Assembly (NCBI RefSeq): GCF_009914755.1
Contig: NC_060927.1
Origin: the human T2T-CHM13v2.0 reference genome, Homo sapiens
Direction: 5' to 3' (one strand)
Length of the DNA: 64,000 nucleotides
In this document: positions 1-16,610 of the stretch, one piece after another
How the letters are laid out: each line of letters starts with the position of its first letter
Numbering within the stretch: the stretch's first letter is position 1
Notes under the pieces: model-generated
Seen by the model: the letters and a program-made list of their open reading frames with translations, nothing else
Told to the model about the DNA's origin: nothing
The model's database searches: none
Program-made: the position numbers and the translations under genes

Positions 1-462
1 TTAGCAACAAACCCAATGGATATAGTAAGCAAAACAGCCTAACCGATGGAAGTAGAAGGGCGCAGGCTTAACAGAGTACCTGAGCAACCACAAGCGTGTA
101 GCACCCCGTGAGCAACATTCAGTATGTTTTACAGAGGAAATGGAGAGTCTGTTAATCTATCAAATCTGTTAGGTAAAGATCTGTTAAGAGAGCTTCTGCT
201 GTAAATTCTGGAATAATACATCAGACATAGGGTGCTTTAAAGAGGATATAACACAGTTAAGTAGAGTGCTTCAGTGGAGACTCTTGAATAGTAGAGTGAT
301 AAGAAAAAATTTTTATTTCATAATTCTTCCTTAGGAATGGCTTAACCAGAATGACTACATGTGTCCCAGTATATTAGAAAGATATAAGAAACCAAATGCA
401 TTATACTTTTGGGTATATTACTCAGATAATTTGTTACAACATTTACATACTCAAATAACTAA

Positions 463-801
<339 letters not shown>

Positions 802-1100
802 CAGATAGCATTTTTTAAGCTAAGCATATTTTGAATGTTTTAGAAATTATAACTTACTGAATACTATATAAATGTTCTCACCTATGCATAGCACTGGGTG
901 CTAATTATGTTTACATTAATAGTACATTTAAATAAAAGTTAAGGTAAATTAGTCATTCTCTGTGAATAAATGAGTTCTTTTTTCTTCATTTAAAGCATTT
1001 TCTAATCTAAACCAATATTCTGAAGTATTTTTCGGTTTATAATCTTCTTTAAGAATTAGATAGCTATGGACCCCTTTGTCTAGAAAACTGTACCTACAAA

Positions 1101-1181
1101 CATAGACAAAAAATTTTGCATTTAACTTCAGGGAGTTCATAGACACAAAATTTTGCATATAATATCAGGGAGTTCATAGAC
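1101..1181. repeat. 37-bp imperfect tandem duplication
   Basis: catagacaaaaaattttgcatttaacttcagggagtt / catagacacaaaattttgcatataatatcagggagtt / catagac. Confidence 0.85.
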
Positions 1182-1223
1182 CTAAAGTTCATCTGTGATT
1201 CTCAAGTTAAGAACCTCTGTTCT

Positions 1224-1613
<390 letters not shown>

Positions 1614-3579
1614 CTATGTTGTTGTTAAGCATTAAGAAGTTTAAAATTTTGGAATGACATTGGAGGAATGAGATATGAAGTTTCAAGCTTATTTACCAAA
1701 GCCTGCAGTTTTAAGCTTCCATGCTTTTTGTTTTAACTATTTTGATGGATTTTTCCAAAATATATTACATGCTTCCCTGCCTTCTAAAAAAGAGTTCATT
1801 GAACGTAAGTTAACATCTTCTAGATGACTTGGGGCTACCATTGATAATATTAATTGTTATATGGATTCTGATTTAGTGATATTTTCAGGGCTGCTTAAAG
1901 GTGTGTGCAACTGTTTACTCCAGCTAAATGCATTTACTCCGCAGCTAAATGCCTTGGACTGCTGTGCTTTTTGTGTTCCTATGTTCGCTTTATACAGTTT
2001 TTCTGTATCCTTTGTGGTAAGGCTGTGGCCTTAAATTTCTTGTGATGTCTGTGAACCATAATATAACACCTTATTCCCATCCCATCACCCACCTCTATTT
2101 TTTACAGTAGTGTCCTATAAGTGAGGATGCAAGTGCTATGTTTGTTTAAATTATGCCTAAGATTAAAAGGCTTTGAATGAAAACGTCAGGACTTTCTCCT
2201 GTAAATAAAATACCTGGGCTTTGCATTCTCTGTTTGGTTGTTGAGCAAATGTTTTGCTTACTTCCAATTTCCCTGCTGTTTTCTAGGTAGCCAAGACTTG
2301 CTAGTTAATTAGTCTTTTGCTACACTTACTATGTGACTTTGGTGTCTGAAAGAATACCTCCCAAATTTCCTGTAACATAGACCTAAATCATTGAGTCTTT
2401 CACTCTCTCTTCCTAATATACAGTAGTATTGTGAATCAAGTATTTCTGTCACTTAGTGTCAAATAATATGCATAGTCTTTTCCCAATTTACTGGAAAATG
2501 AATTAGTAGAATTTTCTCTGTATTAAGGATTTTTCTTCAATAAGTTTTTAAATTTTTGAGGCCCCTTTAGGCAAGTGCTAACAGGCAATAGTAAGCAACT
2601 AATCAGTAGAGTTAAATTAACATGTAGCAAATGAATATTATCAGACACTCAGCCATCAGTCATGATTACCTTGAGAGATTTTTATGGCCCTGTGTACTTA
2701 CAATTATGATTTTATATTGCTATACTATAATTTAGTCATCTTCTACAAGTAAAAGTTCTCTTAGTTATATGCGGAGATCAAACTAGTTATTGATGTTCTA
2801 GCCTCTTTATGTCTCATTCAGCCTCATCTTTTGCAGTATCCATATGTAGTTTCACCAGACTACTTTTTGCAGTGCCTTCTTTACATCTTTTGCATGCTTT
2901 TACATTCATGCTTTTGCATATGTACATAAAAATATCTACCTAAAAATTCCTTTATTTTCTCCTTTACCTGTGTAATCTGTTGTCCTTTAAGTCTTAGATC
3001 AAGTGTCAGCTCTTTATGGAAGCCATTGTAAGCCTCATATGGCTACCTCAGTGTAGCCATTCCCTTACTGTGTATCTTCAGCTACGTGGCATTACTGTGT
3101 GGTCATTACTTTTGTCCATCTCTTCCCCTAGTCTTTAAGATCCTCAGTGGTAAGGACCATATTATTACTAGTGGCATAAAGGCATATAGTAAGTATTCTT
3201 CAAAGAACACCATGTCTTCCATATATGCTGTCATCTGAATTACGTTACGAACTACTTGTCTTTCTAAAATTTCTGCCAGGCATACTAATTCATCTTTGAA
3301 ATTCTGTTCTGTAGAATTTAATTAGATATTGTCTACTTTGGGGAGACCTGTTATACACATATACATACACACAACTTTCATGTGACATTAAATGCCCTAG
3401 CTTATATAGCCAGCCCTACCCTAGCTCATATAGCCAGTGGACATTGTAAAAGAAATGTCCATGATATTTTAAACATAAATGTTCAATACACTGAAGTTGA
3501 CACGGTTTTCACCTACCTGTATTTTCACATACAGGGCTCTGCAGCTTTTTTTTTTTCTGATAGCTAAAGAACAAAATAC

Positions 3580-4440
3580 ATCATTGATTCAATCATGCAT
3601 TTATTCAACAGGTATTTTATTGAGTGCCTACTATGTACCAGACACTGTTCTAGGCTCTGGAGAGAAAAATAGTAAACAAAACATACCAAATCCCTGTCCT
3701 TATAGATCTTTACTAAGACAATAAACAGTAAAAAAAAGAAAATTATATTTATGTTGGATTATAATAAATCAGATGAACAAAAAAGAAGCAGGGACAAGGT
3801 ACAGAAAATGATGGGTTCAGTGAGGTGAGTTAAAATATTAAAAGGTCTAACCAGGGAAGGCTTCACTGAGAAAGTGACATTTGAGCAAAGACCTAAATCT
3901 AAAGATGGTCGGGGAGTGAACCATGTGGATATTTGGGATAAAAGTGTCACAGAAATAGCTAACAGCACCCAGAACAAATGCCTTGAAATAGAAGCATGCC
4001 TGGAGTGTTAAAGAGATAAGAGAAAGCTCTTGTGGCTGGAAAATTGAAGAAGAGGGTAAGTCATAGGAACTAAGATCAAAAAGATCATAGAAGTGCTAGA
4101 TTTTATAGGACCTTGTGGGCTTTTACTTTGAGTAAAATGGAAAGACATTGGAGAGGTTTAAGCAGAAGAATAACATTGTTTAACTTATGTCTTAATAGGG
4201 TAACTTATGTCTGTGGAGTGTTACATGGAGAATGAATGAAGGGCACAAGGAGAGCAGTTAAGAGACTACTAAAATATTCTAGAGGAGAAAAGAGAATGGC
4301 TTGGATCTGTTGGTAGCAGTAGAAATGATAAAAATGGATCACATTCTGAATCTATTTGAAAAATAGTACCCAGAGGAGTTAGATACTGGGAGTGAGAGAA
4401 AAAGGCAAGTTAAGGATAATTCCAAGGATTTGGGCATGAA
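3580..4440 (-). mobile_element. LINE-2 3' fragment
   Basis: Starts with the reverse complement of the L2 tail (cattgattcaatc...ttattgagtgcctactatgtaccagacactgttctagg). Confidence 0.8.
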
Positions 4441-4551
4441 GTTGCCTTTTTAAAAATAGATAAAGAACTCTTTTTGAGGAAAAAAAAGAAGTAAAGAAGG
4501 GGAACAGAAAATGATGGAGTCAGTATAAAACTGAACTTGAAAAAAAAAAAG

Positions 4552-4601
4552 AAGAGTCCTGGTAATGGTAGAAAAAACCAAGAGTCCTGGTAGTGGTAGA
4601 G
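4552..4601. repeat. 28-bp period direct duplication
   Basis: aagagtcctggtaatggtagaaaaaacc / aagagtcctggtagtggtagag. Confidence 0.85.
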
Positions 4602-4719
4602 AAGCTTATATTAGACTAACTCTTATAGATAACAATTATAAACCTTTAGCAGAATATATATATAGCAATTCTCTGAAGAATTTGACCCTTGAAAGAAAGG
4701 AACCATGCTGGCTAAGATT

Positions 4720-5076
<357 letters not shown>

Positions 5077-7271
5077 TAAAATGCAAGCAGAAAACTAAGC
5101 TTTATTGGCTTGAGATACCAAAGGATGGAGTTTAGGGCTACCAGAGAGGCTGGAAATTGAGGCATAAAGAGGAGTTCTTCAGTCTGCATGTGAACTCCTC
5201 TGAAATATTTAGTTGACTCTTAAACCGCTAATGCAAGAGGGACCTCCAAAGGGGCTAGTGAAAAGCAATAACTGAAAACTTGAAAAAGATGAGCAGAGAC
5301 TTCAGTTTCTGTCCGCCTCAAAGGAGACAGAATTTGGAATTTTACTTAGAGAGCTTAGCAAACACTTAAATATTTTCATCAAAATCTCAAAAGAGTGGTG
5401 GCGCAGTAGTAAAGACTATATTCTAGGATTAAGAATAAACAAAGTATAGTATAAACAAAGTATAAAACCAACCCTCACGATAATCACCAATGATGTAACT
5501 TCAAGGGAAGGTAACTGAATCCATAGTTTCTACAATGTTTTATTCATGAAGGCCAGTATGTAATGGAACATTAACAACTCAAGAAGAAACACAGAATTAT
5601 AATGCATAATCTGGAGAAAAGGCGATCAGTAGAAGTAGACCCCTAGATGATCTACATGTTGGAATTAGCAGACGTGAACGTTAAAGCCTCTATTATAAAT
5701 ATTTCAAGGACTTAGTGGAAAAGTAGTCATCATGAGTAAAGAAATGGGGAATCTCAGCCAAAAAAGAAAATAAAAAGGGAATCAAATGGAAATTCTAGAA
5801 TTGAAAAGCACGATACCTGACATCAAAAATCTGATGGGCTTAACAACAGATTGGTTCACTGAACTTGAAGATCGATCAGTAGAAATGAACCAATCTAGAA
5901 CACAGAAAAGACTTGGGGGAAATGAACAAAACCTCAGTGACCCTTTAGTACAATATCAGGTAGTCTAACATATGCATGGTTGGTGTCCTAGAAGGAGAGT
6001 AGAGAAAGAATTGGACAAAAAAAAAAATTTTTTTTTTGAAGAAATAATGGCCTAAAATTTCCCAAATTTGGTGAAACAGTATCTTATAGATCTGAGAAGC
6101 TCAATGAACTGCAAGCATGATAAACGCAAAGGAAACCGCACTTAGACATAAAATAGTCAAACCAGAGATAAAGAGAAAATCTTGCAAGCAGAGAAACAAA
6201 AGACAAGATACATACACAGGGGAACAACAGTACAGTTGACAGCCAACTCCTCATAAAAAGCAACTAAAACTGGAGGACAGTGGAATGACCTGTTTAAAAT
6301 GCTAAAGGAACAAAAGTCTCAACCTAACATTCTAGAGAAAATTTTCTTTGAAAATGAAAATATATTTTAAATAAATGAAAGCTGAGAGAGACTCCATTGT
6401 GAGCAAGCCTGCACTATAAGAAATGCTAAAGGAAATTCTTCAGGCTGAAAGGAAATAATACCAGATGGAAACTTAGATCTACAAGGAGTAAAGAGCACTG
6501 GAAATGGTAAATATGTGGGTAAATGTAAGAATGCCTGTTTTTTTTTTCTCCATTTCTTTAAAAAGCAACTGTTCGATGCAAAATGTATAACATTTAATTA
6601 TAGGGTTTATAACATATCTGGATATGAAATATATGACAGTAACAGCACAAAGGAAGGGGGTGGAGTAAATTATTCCAAGGGTCTTATATTTTATGTGAAG
6701 TGATGCAAGAATAATTTTAAGTAGACTGTGATGAGTTAAGGCTGTATATTATAATATCTAGAACAAAAATTTAGGGAAATACTTGACATAACTAATCCAT
6801 CCCCTCTCCTCCTCCCAAACAATAAATAAATTAAAATGTGAGGAAGGGAAGAACAGAGGAGCAAAAATCAGATGAGACAGACAGAAAACGTATAACAAAA
6901 TGATAGCTTAAACCCAGCCATATCAATAATTACAGTAAATGTAAATGAACTACATTACATTGAAAGAGACTATCAGACTATATTTTAAAAAGCAAGATCC
7001 AATAATATACTTTCTACAATATATCCACGTTAAATATATTATAAAAGCACAGATAGGTTGAAAGTAATTGGGTGGAGAAAGATGATGTAAACAGTAAGCA
7101 GTAATCCCAGACCAAGTAGATGTCAAAACAACTTTTACCAAATATGTTTGGGCACATTTTATAATGGCAGAAGGAGCACATAATCCTAAATGTGTACATA
7201 CCTAATTACAACTTCAATGTAGTTGGAGAAAAAAACAGAATTGAAATAGGACATCTACAATTCTAGTTGAA

Positions 7272-7583
7272 TTTTTTTTTCTTTTTTTCTTTTTTCTTTT
7301 TCTTTTTTCTTTTTTTGAGACAGGGTCTTGCTCTGTCTCCCAAGCTGGAGTGCACAGACATAGCTCACTGCAGCCTTGACCTCCTGGGCTCAAGAGATCC
7401 TCCTGCCTCTGCCTTCTGTGTACCTGGGACCACAGGTGGACGCCACCACATCTGGCTGATTTTCTGATTTTTTGTAGCTGCAAGGTCTCACTTTGTTGCC
7501 CAGGGTGGTCTCAAACTCCTGGACCCAAGTGATCCTCCTGCCTCGGCCTAGAATTAACAGGTATGAGCCACTGCACCTGGCCT
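7272..7583 (-). mobile_element. Alu (AluJ-like)
   Basis: cagggtcttgctctgtc...cagccttgacctcctgggctcaag. Confidence 0.9.
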
Positions 7584-8059
7584 GTACTTGAATATTTTAA
7601 TAGTCTTCTCTCAGCAATTGTTAGAGGAGCTGAGCACAAGAACCAGTTTTCTTACAGAAGTTTGAAATAATACTATCAGTCACCTTGATCTAATTTACAT
7701 TTATGGGACACTAGGCCAAACAGGTGCAGAATACATATTCTTTTGAAATGTGCATTGGAACATTCAGTAAAATAGGCCGCCATATGCTGGGCCTGGAGTC
7801 TCAGTAAATATCAAAAGATTGACTTTTTACAAAGTATGTTCTCTGATCACAACAGAATTAATGACAATATGATACCTGGAAGAGCCCCAAATATTTGGAA
7901 ATTAAATAAAATACTTCTAAGTAACCTATAGATTGAAGAATTCACAAGGAAACTCAAAAATATTTTTAACTTAAATGATAATGAAAATGCAACAAATATA
8001 TCAAAGTTTGTGGGATACAGCTAAAACAGTATGTAAAGGGAAATTGATTGTTATTAACA

Positions 8060-9312
<1,253 letters not shown>

Positions 9313-10393
9313 AGAAAGGATAAAATCAAATATATTTTCAACTTAAACTAGAAAATGAGAAAATAAACCTAAAGTTAATTGAAGAATGGCAAAAATAAAG
9401 ATGAGAGTACAATCAGTGAAATAGGAAACAAACTAATAGTGAAGCATAACAAAGCCAAAAGCTTTAATAAAATTGAAAAATGCCTAGAAAGACTGATAAA
9501 AGAAAAAAAAATCAAACACAAAATTACCATGATTAGGAATAAGACTACTACAAATTCCAATGACATTAAAAGACTAACCAGAAACTAATATGAGCAACTT
9601 TATATCAATAAATTTGACAATTCAGATGAATGGACAAATTTCTTGGAAAACAATTTACTAAAACAGATGCAAGAAAAAAGTAGAATATCTTAAAAACCCT
9701 GTATCTCTGCTTGTGATGAAATGTGTCCTAAAAAAGAATGCCAGGCTTAAATAGCTTTACTGGTAAAGTCGGCCAAACACTTAAGGAAGAAATAACGTCA
9801 ACCTTACCCACAAAGTCTTTTAGAAAACAGAGGGAAAGAATACTTGCCAAGTCATCTTCTGAAGCCTGCATAACTCTAGTACTAAAACTAAAGATTTTTC
9901 AAGAAAAAATACATATAATGAATTAAATCCAGCAGTATATGAAAAGGACAATCCATAATGAAGTGGGGTTTGTCCCAAGTATATAAAGTTGGTTTAATAT
10001 CTGAGAACTAATCAACATAATTTATCTTATTAACAGACTAAATGTATTTGACAAAATTTAACACCTCTTTGTGATTAAAGAAAATAAAAACTCTTGAATG
10101 AAGTCTAAAAGATAATCTCCTAAATCTGATCAAAAGTGTATGTAAGAAATTTGTAGTTAAATCAAGGATTATCCCCTTTAATAAATTCTGTTCAATACTG
10201 AAGATTTTAGCCAATGCAGTAAGACAAGAAATAAAAGGCATATAGTGTTATATTGAAACTCCTGAAGAATCCTCAGAACAGCTACTTGAACAAATAACTG
10301 AATTTAATTTAGCAAGGTCTTGGGATAAAGGATAAATATGTACAAATCAATTATATTTCTACAAGTTGCAAACTGTTAGAAAACAAAATTTTA

Positions 10394-10769
<376 letters not shown>

Positions 10770-10894
10770 AATAAATTTAACCAAAGAAGTACAACACCTC
10801 TACACTGAAACTACAAAACACTCCGGAGATAAGGTAAAGAAAGTCTAAATAAAAAGAGACATGTCATGTTTGTGGATTGAAGATTGAGTTTCTT

Positions 10895-12365
10895 TGTTTT
10901 TTGGGTTTTTTTTTTTTTTTTTTGGTTTATAAAGTGTAATTTTATTTTATGTTACTCTGCTGTTACATAGGGCATAACATTTTCACAAGGCTTTTTTGGG
11001 ACTACAGTCAATGATTAGCAACACACAATAGTGTTCCAACTCTAACAATCACTAGACAAACAGGACACCCTCTCACGTGCACAGATCTGCATAGAAAAGT
11101 ACAAAAGTTTTAAATTTAGACTTGTGTACTTTAATTTGTTTCCCCTTTCTAGTGTATTAAAAAATGACATGCACTTTAATTTGCCAAAAGCAATGTTGTA
11201 TTCTGGCAGCAACATGCTACTTCTATTACATAGTAAAGTGAATACCAGAACTACAAAGACAGGAGGTATAAGTGAATTTTTATTGGGAAGGGAGGTTGTC
11301 AACTTAAACAGCAGCAAATAAAGAGTGAATAAGGAAACTCCCTGTTGCCACAGATATACATGACCTCCTTATGTGATAAAGGAGGCATTTCAATTTGTGA
11401 ACCATAGCCAGAGATGGCAAGTGCGTTTTCATTCAGTCTAATACTTCTGGATTCCTACTAAAAAGGAATACATTAAGAGCATGGAAAAATTGCTTATTGA
11501 AAGGAAACCCTCGAAGAGTAAGGGAGGGAATGTAGAAATTAAGTTATGTAGAACACTCTTTAAATTGTAATTAACTACATTTTTATATCTTCACAGTAAT
11601 ACAAAACACAGTCACTTGCAGAACTGTTTCAGATTACTTAAATACCAGATACATTTTTAGTCCTCTACATAAGTGTGTGGAAGTTACTTACGTTTATATG
11701 AAATGAAGCTATTAATATTTTTCTACAGCAGTAACTGCACACCAGGAAGGCCAAGACAAACACAAATCAGGGAATGAAGTTTTCCCAAAGCTGCAGTGTG
11801 AAAAGACTAAAAACAGTTGACTCCAAACACATGAATCGGTTTCTTTGCTATAGGAAATCCAAGTGGAATAAGGAATGGAGATGTGTAAAAAGGTTTCTTG
11901 AAGGAAAGAAGGAGGACACCCTGTATGTATTTAGTTTTCAGCCCCTTCTACTGCCTCACATTCTTCTCCTGCACTGTCTGATGTCCAAAGTGTTAGGTTG
12001 TCTCTAAGCAATTGCATGATGAGGGTTCTTGTCGGAGGTGTCAGTCTTCTGCTCAATGTTCAAGATGAGCCTCCAGGCGGACCTGCAGCCCCCGACCACA
12101 TTCTAATAAGGAGCAGGTTGCGCTCCTTATTAGACAGCTCGGCGACCTACTTGGTCACAGCCTTCATGCAGGTGGCCATGTCATCGTAGTGCTCTGCCTG
12201 CTTGGCCAGCTTGGCCTTCAGGATCAGCTCCCTCTTCTCCTTGACGGGTGCAGGGCAGAGGGCAAAGAGAGCAAGGGCAAGCGCCGACCCGGAGCAGGAG
12301 GAGTCCTTCAGAGCTTCACATCTCCGTGGCCACAACTAGAGTCCCACCACTTTGATCTGCCTTTT
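10895..12365 (-). pseudogene. YWHAQP6: Processed pseudogene of YWHAQ (14-3-3 theta), antisense within a RASA2 intron and internally deleted
   Basis: The minus strand reads [31 protein letters not shown]...EQKTDTSDK / [30 protein letters not shown] (14-3-3 theta N- and C-termini). ATG>AAG at 12240-12242, premature TAG at 12147-12149, native stop at 11931-11933. A ~1 kb 3'UTR follows, with AATAAA (tttatt 10941-10946) and a poly(A) remnant (T-run to 10923). No introns. The parent gene is secure; the P6 number is from memory. Confidence 0.93.
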
Positions 12366-12808
12366 AGATAAGTATTTTTTAAGAAGCCACATCTCCCTGA
12401 ATTCATCTCGATTTTAACACAATCCCACTCCAAATCCCAGCCAGTTTTTAAAATAAAAATGGACAAGTTGATTCCAGAATTTACATGGATGGAAAAATAA
12501 AGGTCTTAACCATAGCCAAAGCAATGTTGAAAGGTAAAACAAAGTTGAGAGCTAATTTAAAGACTTACTGTAAAGCTGCAGTAATCAAGATTGTAGGTTT
12601 AGGATAAGAGAGAAAGAGATCAATGGACAGAGCAGAAAGAAACACACACATAAATATGGCCAATTCCGTTTTAACAAAGCTGTCAAGGCAATTCAGTAGG
12701 GAAAGAAAAGGCTTTTTAACATATGGTGCAGGAACGACCCTGATAAACATGGAGGGGAAATGAACTTTACCCCACCTCACACAACACAAAATTTAATTTA
12801 AGATGATG

Positions 12809-13115
12809 GGGCCGGGCACAGTGGCTCACACCTGTACCCTAGCACTTTGAGAGGCTGCGGCAGACAGATTGCCTGATCTCAAGAGTTCAAGACCAGCCTG
12901 GGCAATATGGTGAAACCCCGTTTGTATTAAAAATACAAAAATTAGCTGTGCATGGTGGCCCACGGCTGTAATCCCAGCTACTCAGGAAGCTGAGGTCCGA
13001 GAATCACTTGAATGCTTGAACTCGGGAGGCAGAAGTTGCTGTGAGCCGAGATGGCATCACTGCGCTCCAGCCTGGGCAACAGAGAGAGACTGTCTCCACT
13101 GTCTCCAAAAAAAAA
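12809..13115 (+). mobile_element. Alu
   Basis: Dimer with A-tail; TSD aagatgat. Confidence 0.93.
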
Positions 13116-13239
13116 GATGATAGAATCATAGACCTCAAAGAAAATGTGGAAAAATATCTTCGAAACCATGATATGCTAGGATTTCTTGAAGAGAACGTTA
13201 AAAGCACTGAACATTTTTCTTAAATGAATTGGACTTCAT

Positions 13240-14930
13240 TGAAAAGAAAGATGTATTTTCTCCATTATTCATTGTGATTCCTTTTTCTTTTTTTAATATG
13301 ATGACCATAAAATGTATTACTTGGTGGTTGAAATTTTTCAAGAGCTTGTTGGGGTTTGTTGAATTTTTTGAACCATAAGATAATGTTTTTCACCAGATTT
13401 GGGACTTTTTTGACTTATTTCTTCAAATTTCTCCCCTTTTTCTTCTAGGGATCCTCCAATTTATGCTGATAAATTGTCTCATGGATCTCACTGAGACTCA
13501 GTTCATTTTTCTTTTATTCTCTTTGGTCTCCAAATCAGATCATTTTTACTTAAGTTCACTGATTTAGCTCATGTGAATTTTTCATTCATCTGTTGTACTT
13601 TTCAGCTCCAGAATTTCCATTTAGTTCTCTTTGTACTTTAGATTTTTCTGTTGAGAGCCTATATATGTTCAGTTGCTATTAGTATATTTTTATTGAATTA
13701 TTTCAGCATATTTAGAGTAACTGCTTTGAAGTCTTAGGCTGCTAAATTCAGTATCTGGACCCATTCAGAATCAGTTTTAGTTGGCTGCCTTCTTTCCCAA
13801 GTTATGTGTCACACTTTCCTGTTTTTTTATATGTCTTACTTTCTTATTAAAAGCTAGACATTTTTAAGATCAGCAGTCCCCAACCTTTTTGTCACCAAGG
13901 ACCAGTTTCATGGAAGACAATTTTTCCACGGACTGGTGGGGGGTCATGTATTTGGGATGAAATTGTTTTACCTCAGATCATCAGGCATTAGATTCTCATA
14001 AGGAGTGCACAACCTAGATCTGTTGCATGCTCGTTTCACAATAGGATTTGCACTCTTGTGATCTCATGCCACCCTTATCTGACAGGAGGCAGAACTCAGG
14101 TAGTAATGCTTGCTTGCCCACCCACTGCTGCTCCTGCTGGGTGGCCCAGTTCCTAACAGGCCACTGACCAGTACCAGTCTATGGTCCAGATTTTGGGGAC
14201 CCCTCTTTTAGATAGTACACTGTAGTGTGTCTGCATTTGGTTTGTTCTGAATGCTTGCCTAGACTAAAACTGCAGTCTCTCTCTCTTACTTACAGTGTAT
14301 CTCTCTGTTCAGATGTTTCCCTCTAACCCTAGCTAGCTCCCTAGGGGGCCTCACCTGAACTTGATTAGTTTAGTGGTCAACAAATGAATTGAGCAGGCAG
14401 CTCAAATACCTCAAAGGCTTCCACCCTCTGTCATCTGAGCTGTGTGTGGATTAGAGAATACATTCAGAGTCACAGCAAATTGACGTCTCCCCAGGCTTTC
14501 AGTTTTTGCCAGACTCTGGGATATTCCACATACATGCCTACGTTAGCAGTCAGGCAGGGATCTGGCAAGTTTATTATCAGGCTTTCATAGCCCTCTTGCT
14601 TCCAGATTTCATCCTTAAATGGAATCTGTAACCTCCAGCCAGTAAAACTTGTATTTTCATTGCCTAACTTGGGGATAATGGAAACACCCCCAGGTAGGAA
14701 GACCATAAATCCACAGTTCTTACCCTATGCGGTTTTTCATGAGTAAACTTATCACCGTTGGTTGTTTTCCCGTGCCCTGAAGTTGTTTTTAACAATTTGC
14801 CCAGTTTTATACACCCATCTTTCTTAACACTATTATCAAAAATACAGTCATGGTAACATTGTTTTAGCTGTGTCCCTTGGGGCCAATATGTAGTTGGACA
14901 TTCATTTTTATTGTGGTGGTAATTGTATTT
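13240..14930 (-). mobile_element. Degenerate antisense L1 fragments (interrupted by MER1)
   Basis: T-rich, with L1 ORF1-antisense motifs such as cttttcagctccagaatttccatttagttc. Confidence 0.6.
13871..14204. mobile_element. MER1 (MER1B-like) hAT DNA transposon
   Basis: Inverted termini cagcagtccccaacc ... ttggggacccctc; internal gaccagtttcatggaagacaatttttccacggac. Confidence 0.88.
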
Positions 14931-14941
14931 TTTTAAATTTA

Positions 14942-15780
<839 letters not shown>

Positions 15781-16405
15781 TTTCTGTTTAATTAGGAGGT
15801 AATGACAACTTTAAAACCTGATTTCAGCCATTTAGTAGGAAATTTAATGCACTCACATTTATTGTGATTACCATTACTACTACTTTGTTTTGTGTTTTCT
15901 ATTTACTAGTCTTTTCTGTTTCTTGGGTTTATTTTTCCCTTCCTTTTTATTGGAATAGTTGAGCATATATGGGTGTTTGCACTCTATCTTTCTGTCTCTA
16001 TCTAGTGAGGAAACTTGACTATCCTATTTTTACTTTTTAAATTGTTAACAAATTAAAACTTAAATGTTTATATTAATGTCTACAGTTGATCCAAGTCTCC
16101 ATTCAAGCTGGGAAAGAACATTATCATGCTTTCAATTATTCTTTTCCTAGCATCTCCCTAAAGAAGTCATCTGGAATTTTAATACTTGTTTCTCTTGTTT
16201 CTTTTACCTTTTTACATTATGTTTTAATGATTTTGCATCCTTGCCTATCAATTTTACTGATTTCTTTGGCCCAACACTATTTTTTGTATAACACATCTTT
16301 TTCCTGGATTCATTATTATTTTGTGGGAGTACTTAAGGAATTCTTTCAGATAGGCTTTATGGCTGATAAGTTTTCTGAGTCCTTACATATACAAAAATGT
16401 CTTTT

Positions 16406-16610
16406 ACCTGGGGTGTGGGGAGGGGGGAGGGATGGCATTGGGAAATATACCTAATGTAAATGACGAGTTAATGGGTGCAGCACACCAACATGGCACATGT
16501 ATACATATGTAACAAACCTGCACATTGTGCACATGTACCCTAGAACTTAAAGTATAACAAAAATATACATATATTAAATAAATAAATAAATAAATTGAAC
16601 AGGAATAAAA
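16406..16610 (+). mobile_element. 5'-truncated primate L1PA 3' end
   Basis: G-rich tract followed by atacctaatgtaaatgacgagttaatgggtgcagcacaccaacatggcac...cctagaacttaaagtataa. Perfect 13-bp TSD aaaaatgtctttt at 16393-16405 and 16611-16623. Confidence 0.95.

Noticed and set aside
1-130. Slightly CpG-containing stretch at the window start as a possible ncRNA
   Set aside because: No tRNA, snRNA or snoRNA boxes or fold could be recognised, and it is truncated by the window edge.
12147-12335. 62-aa ORF with a 14-3-3 N-terminus as a functional microprotein
   Set aside because: It is a pseudogene frame: the native ATG is mutated to AAG, there is a premature stop at codon 32, and no promoter evidence.
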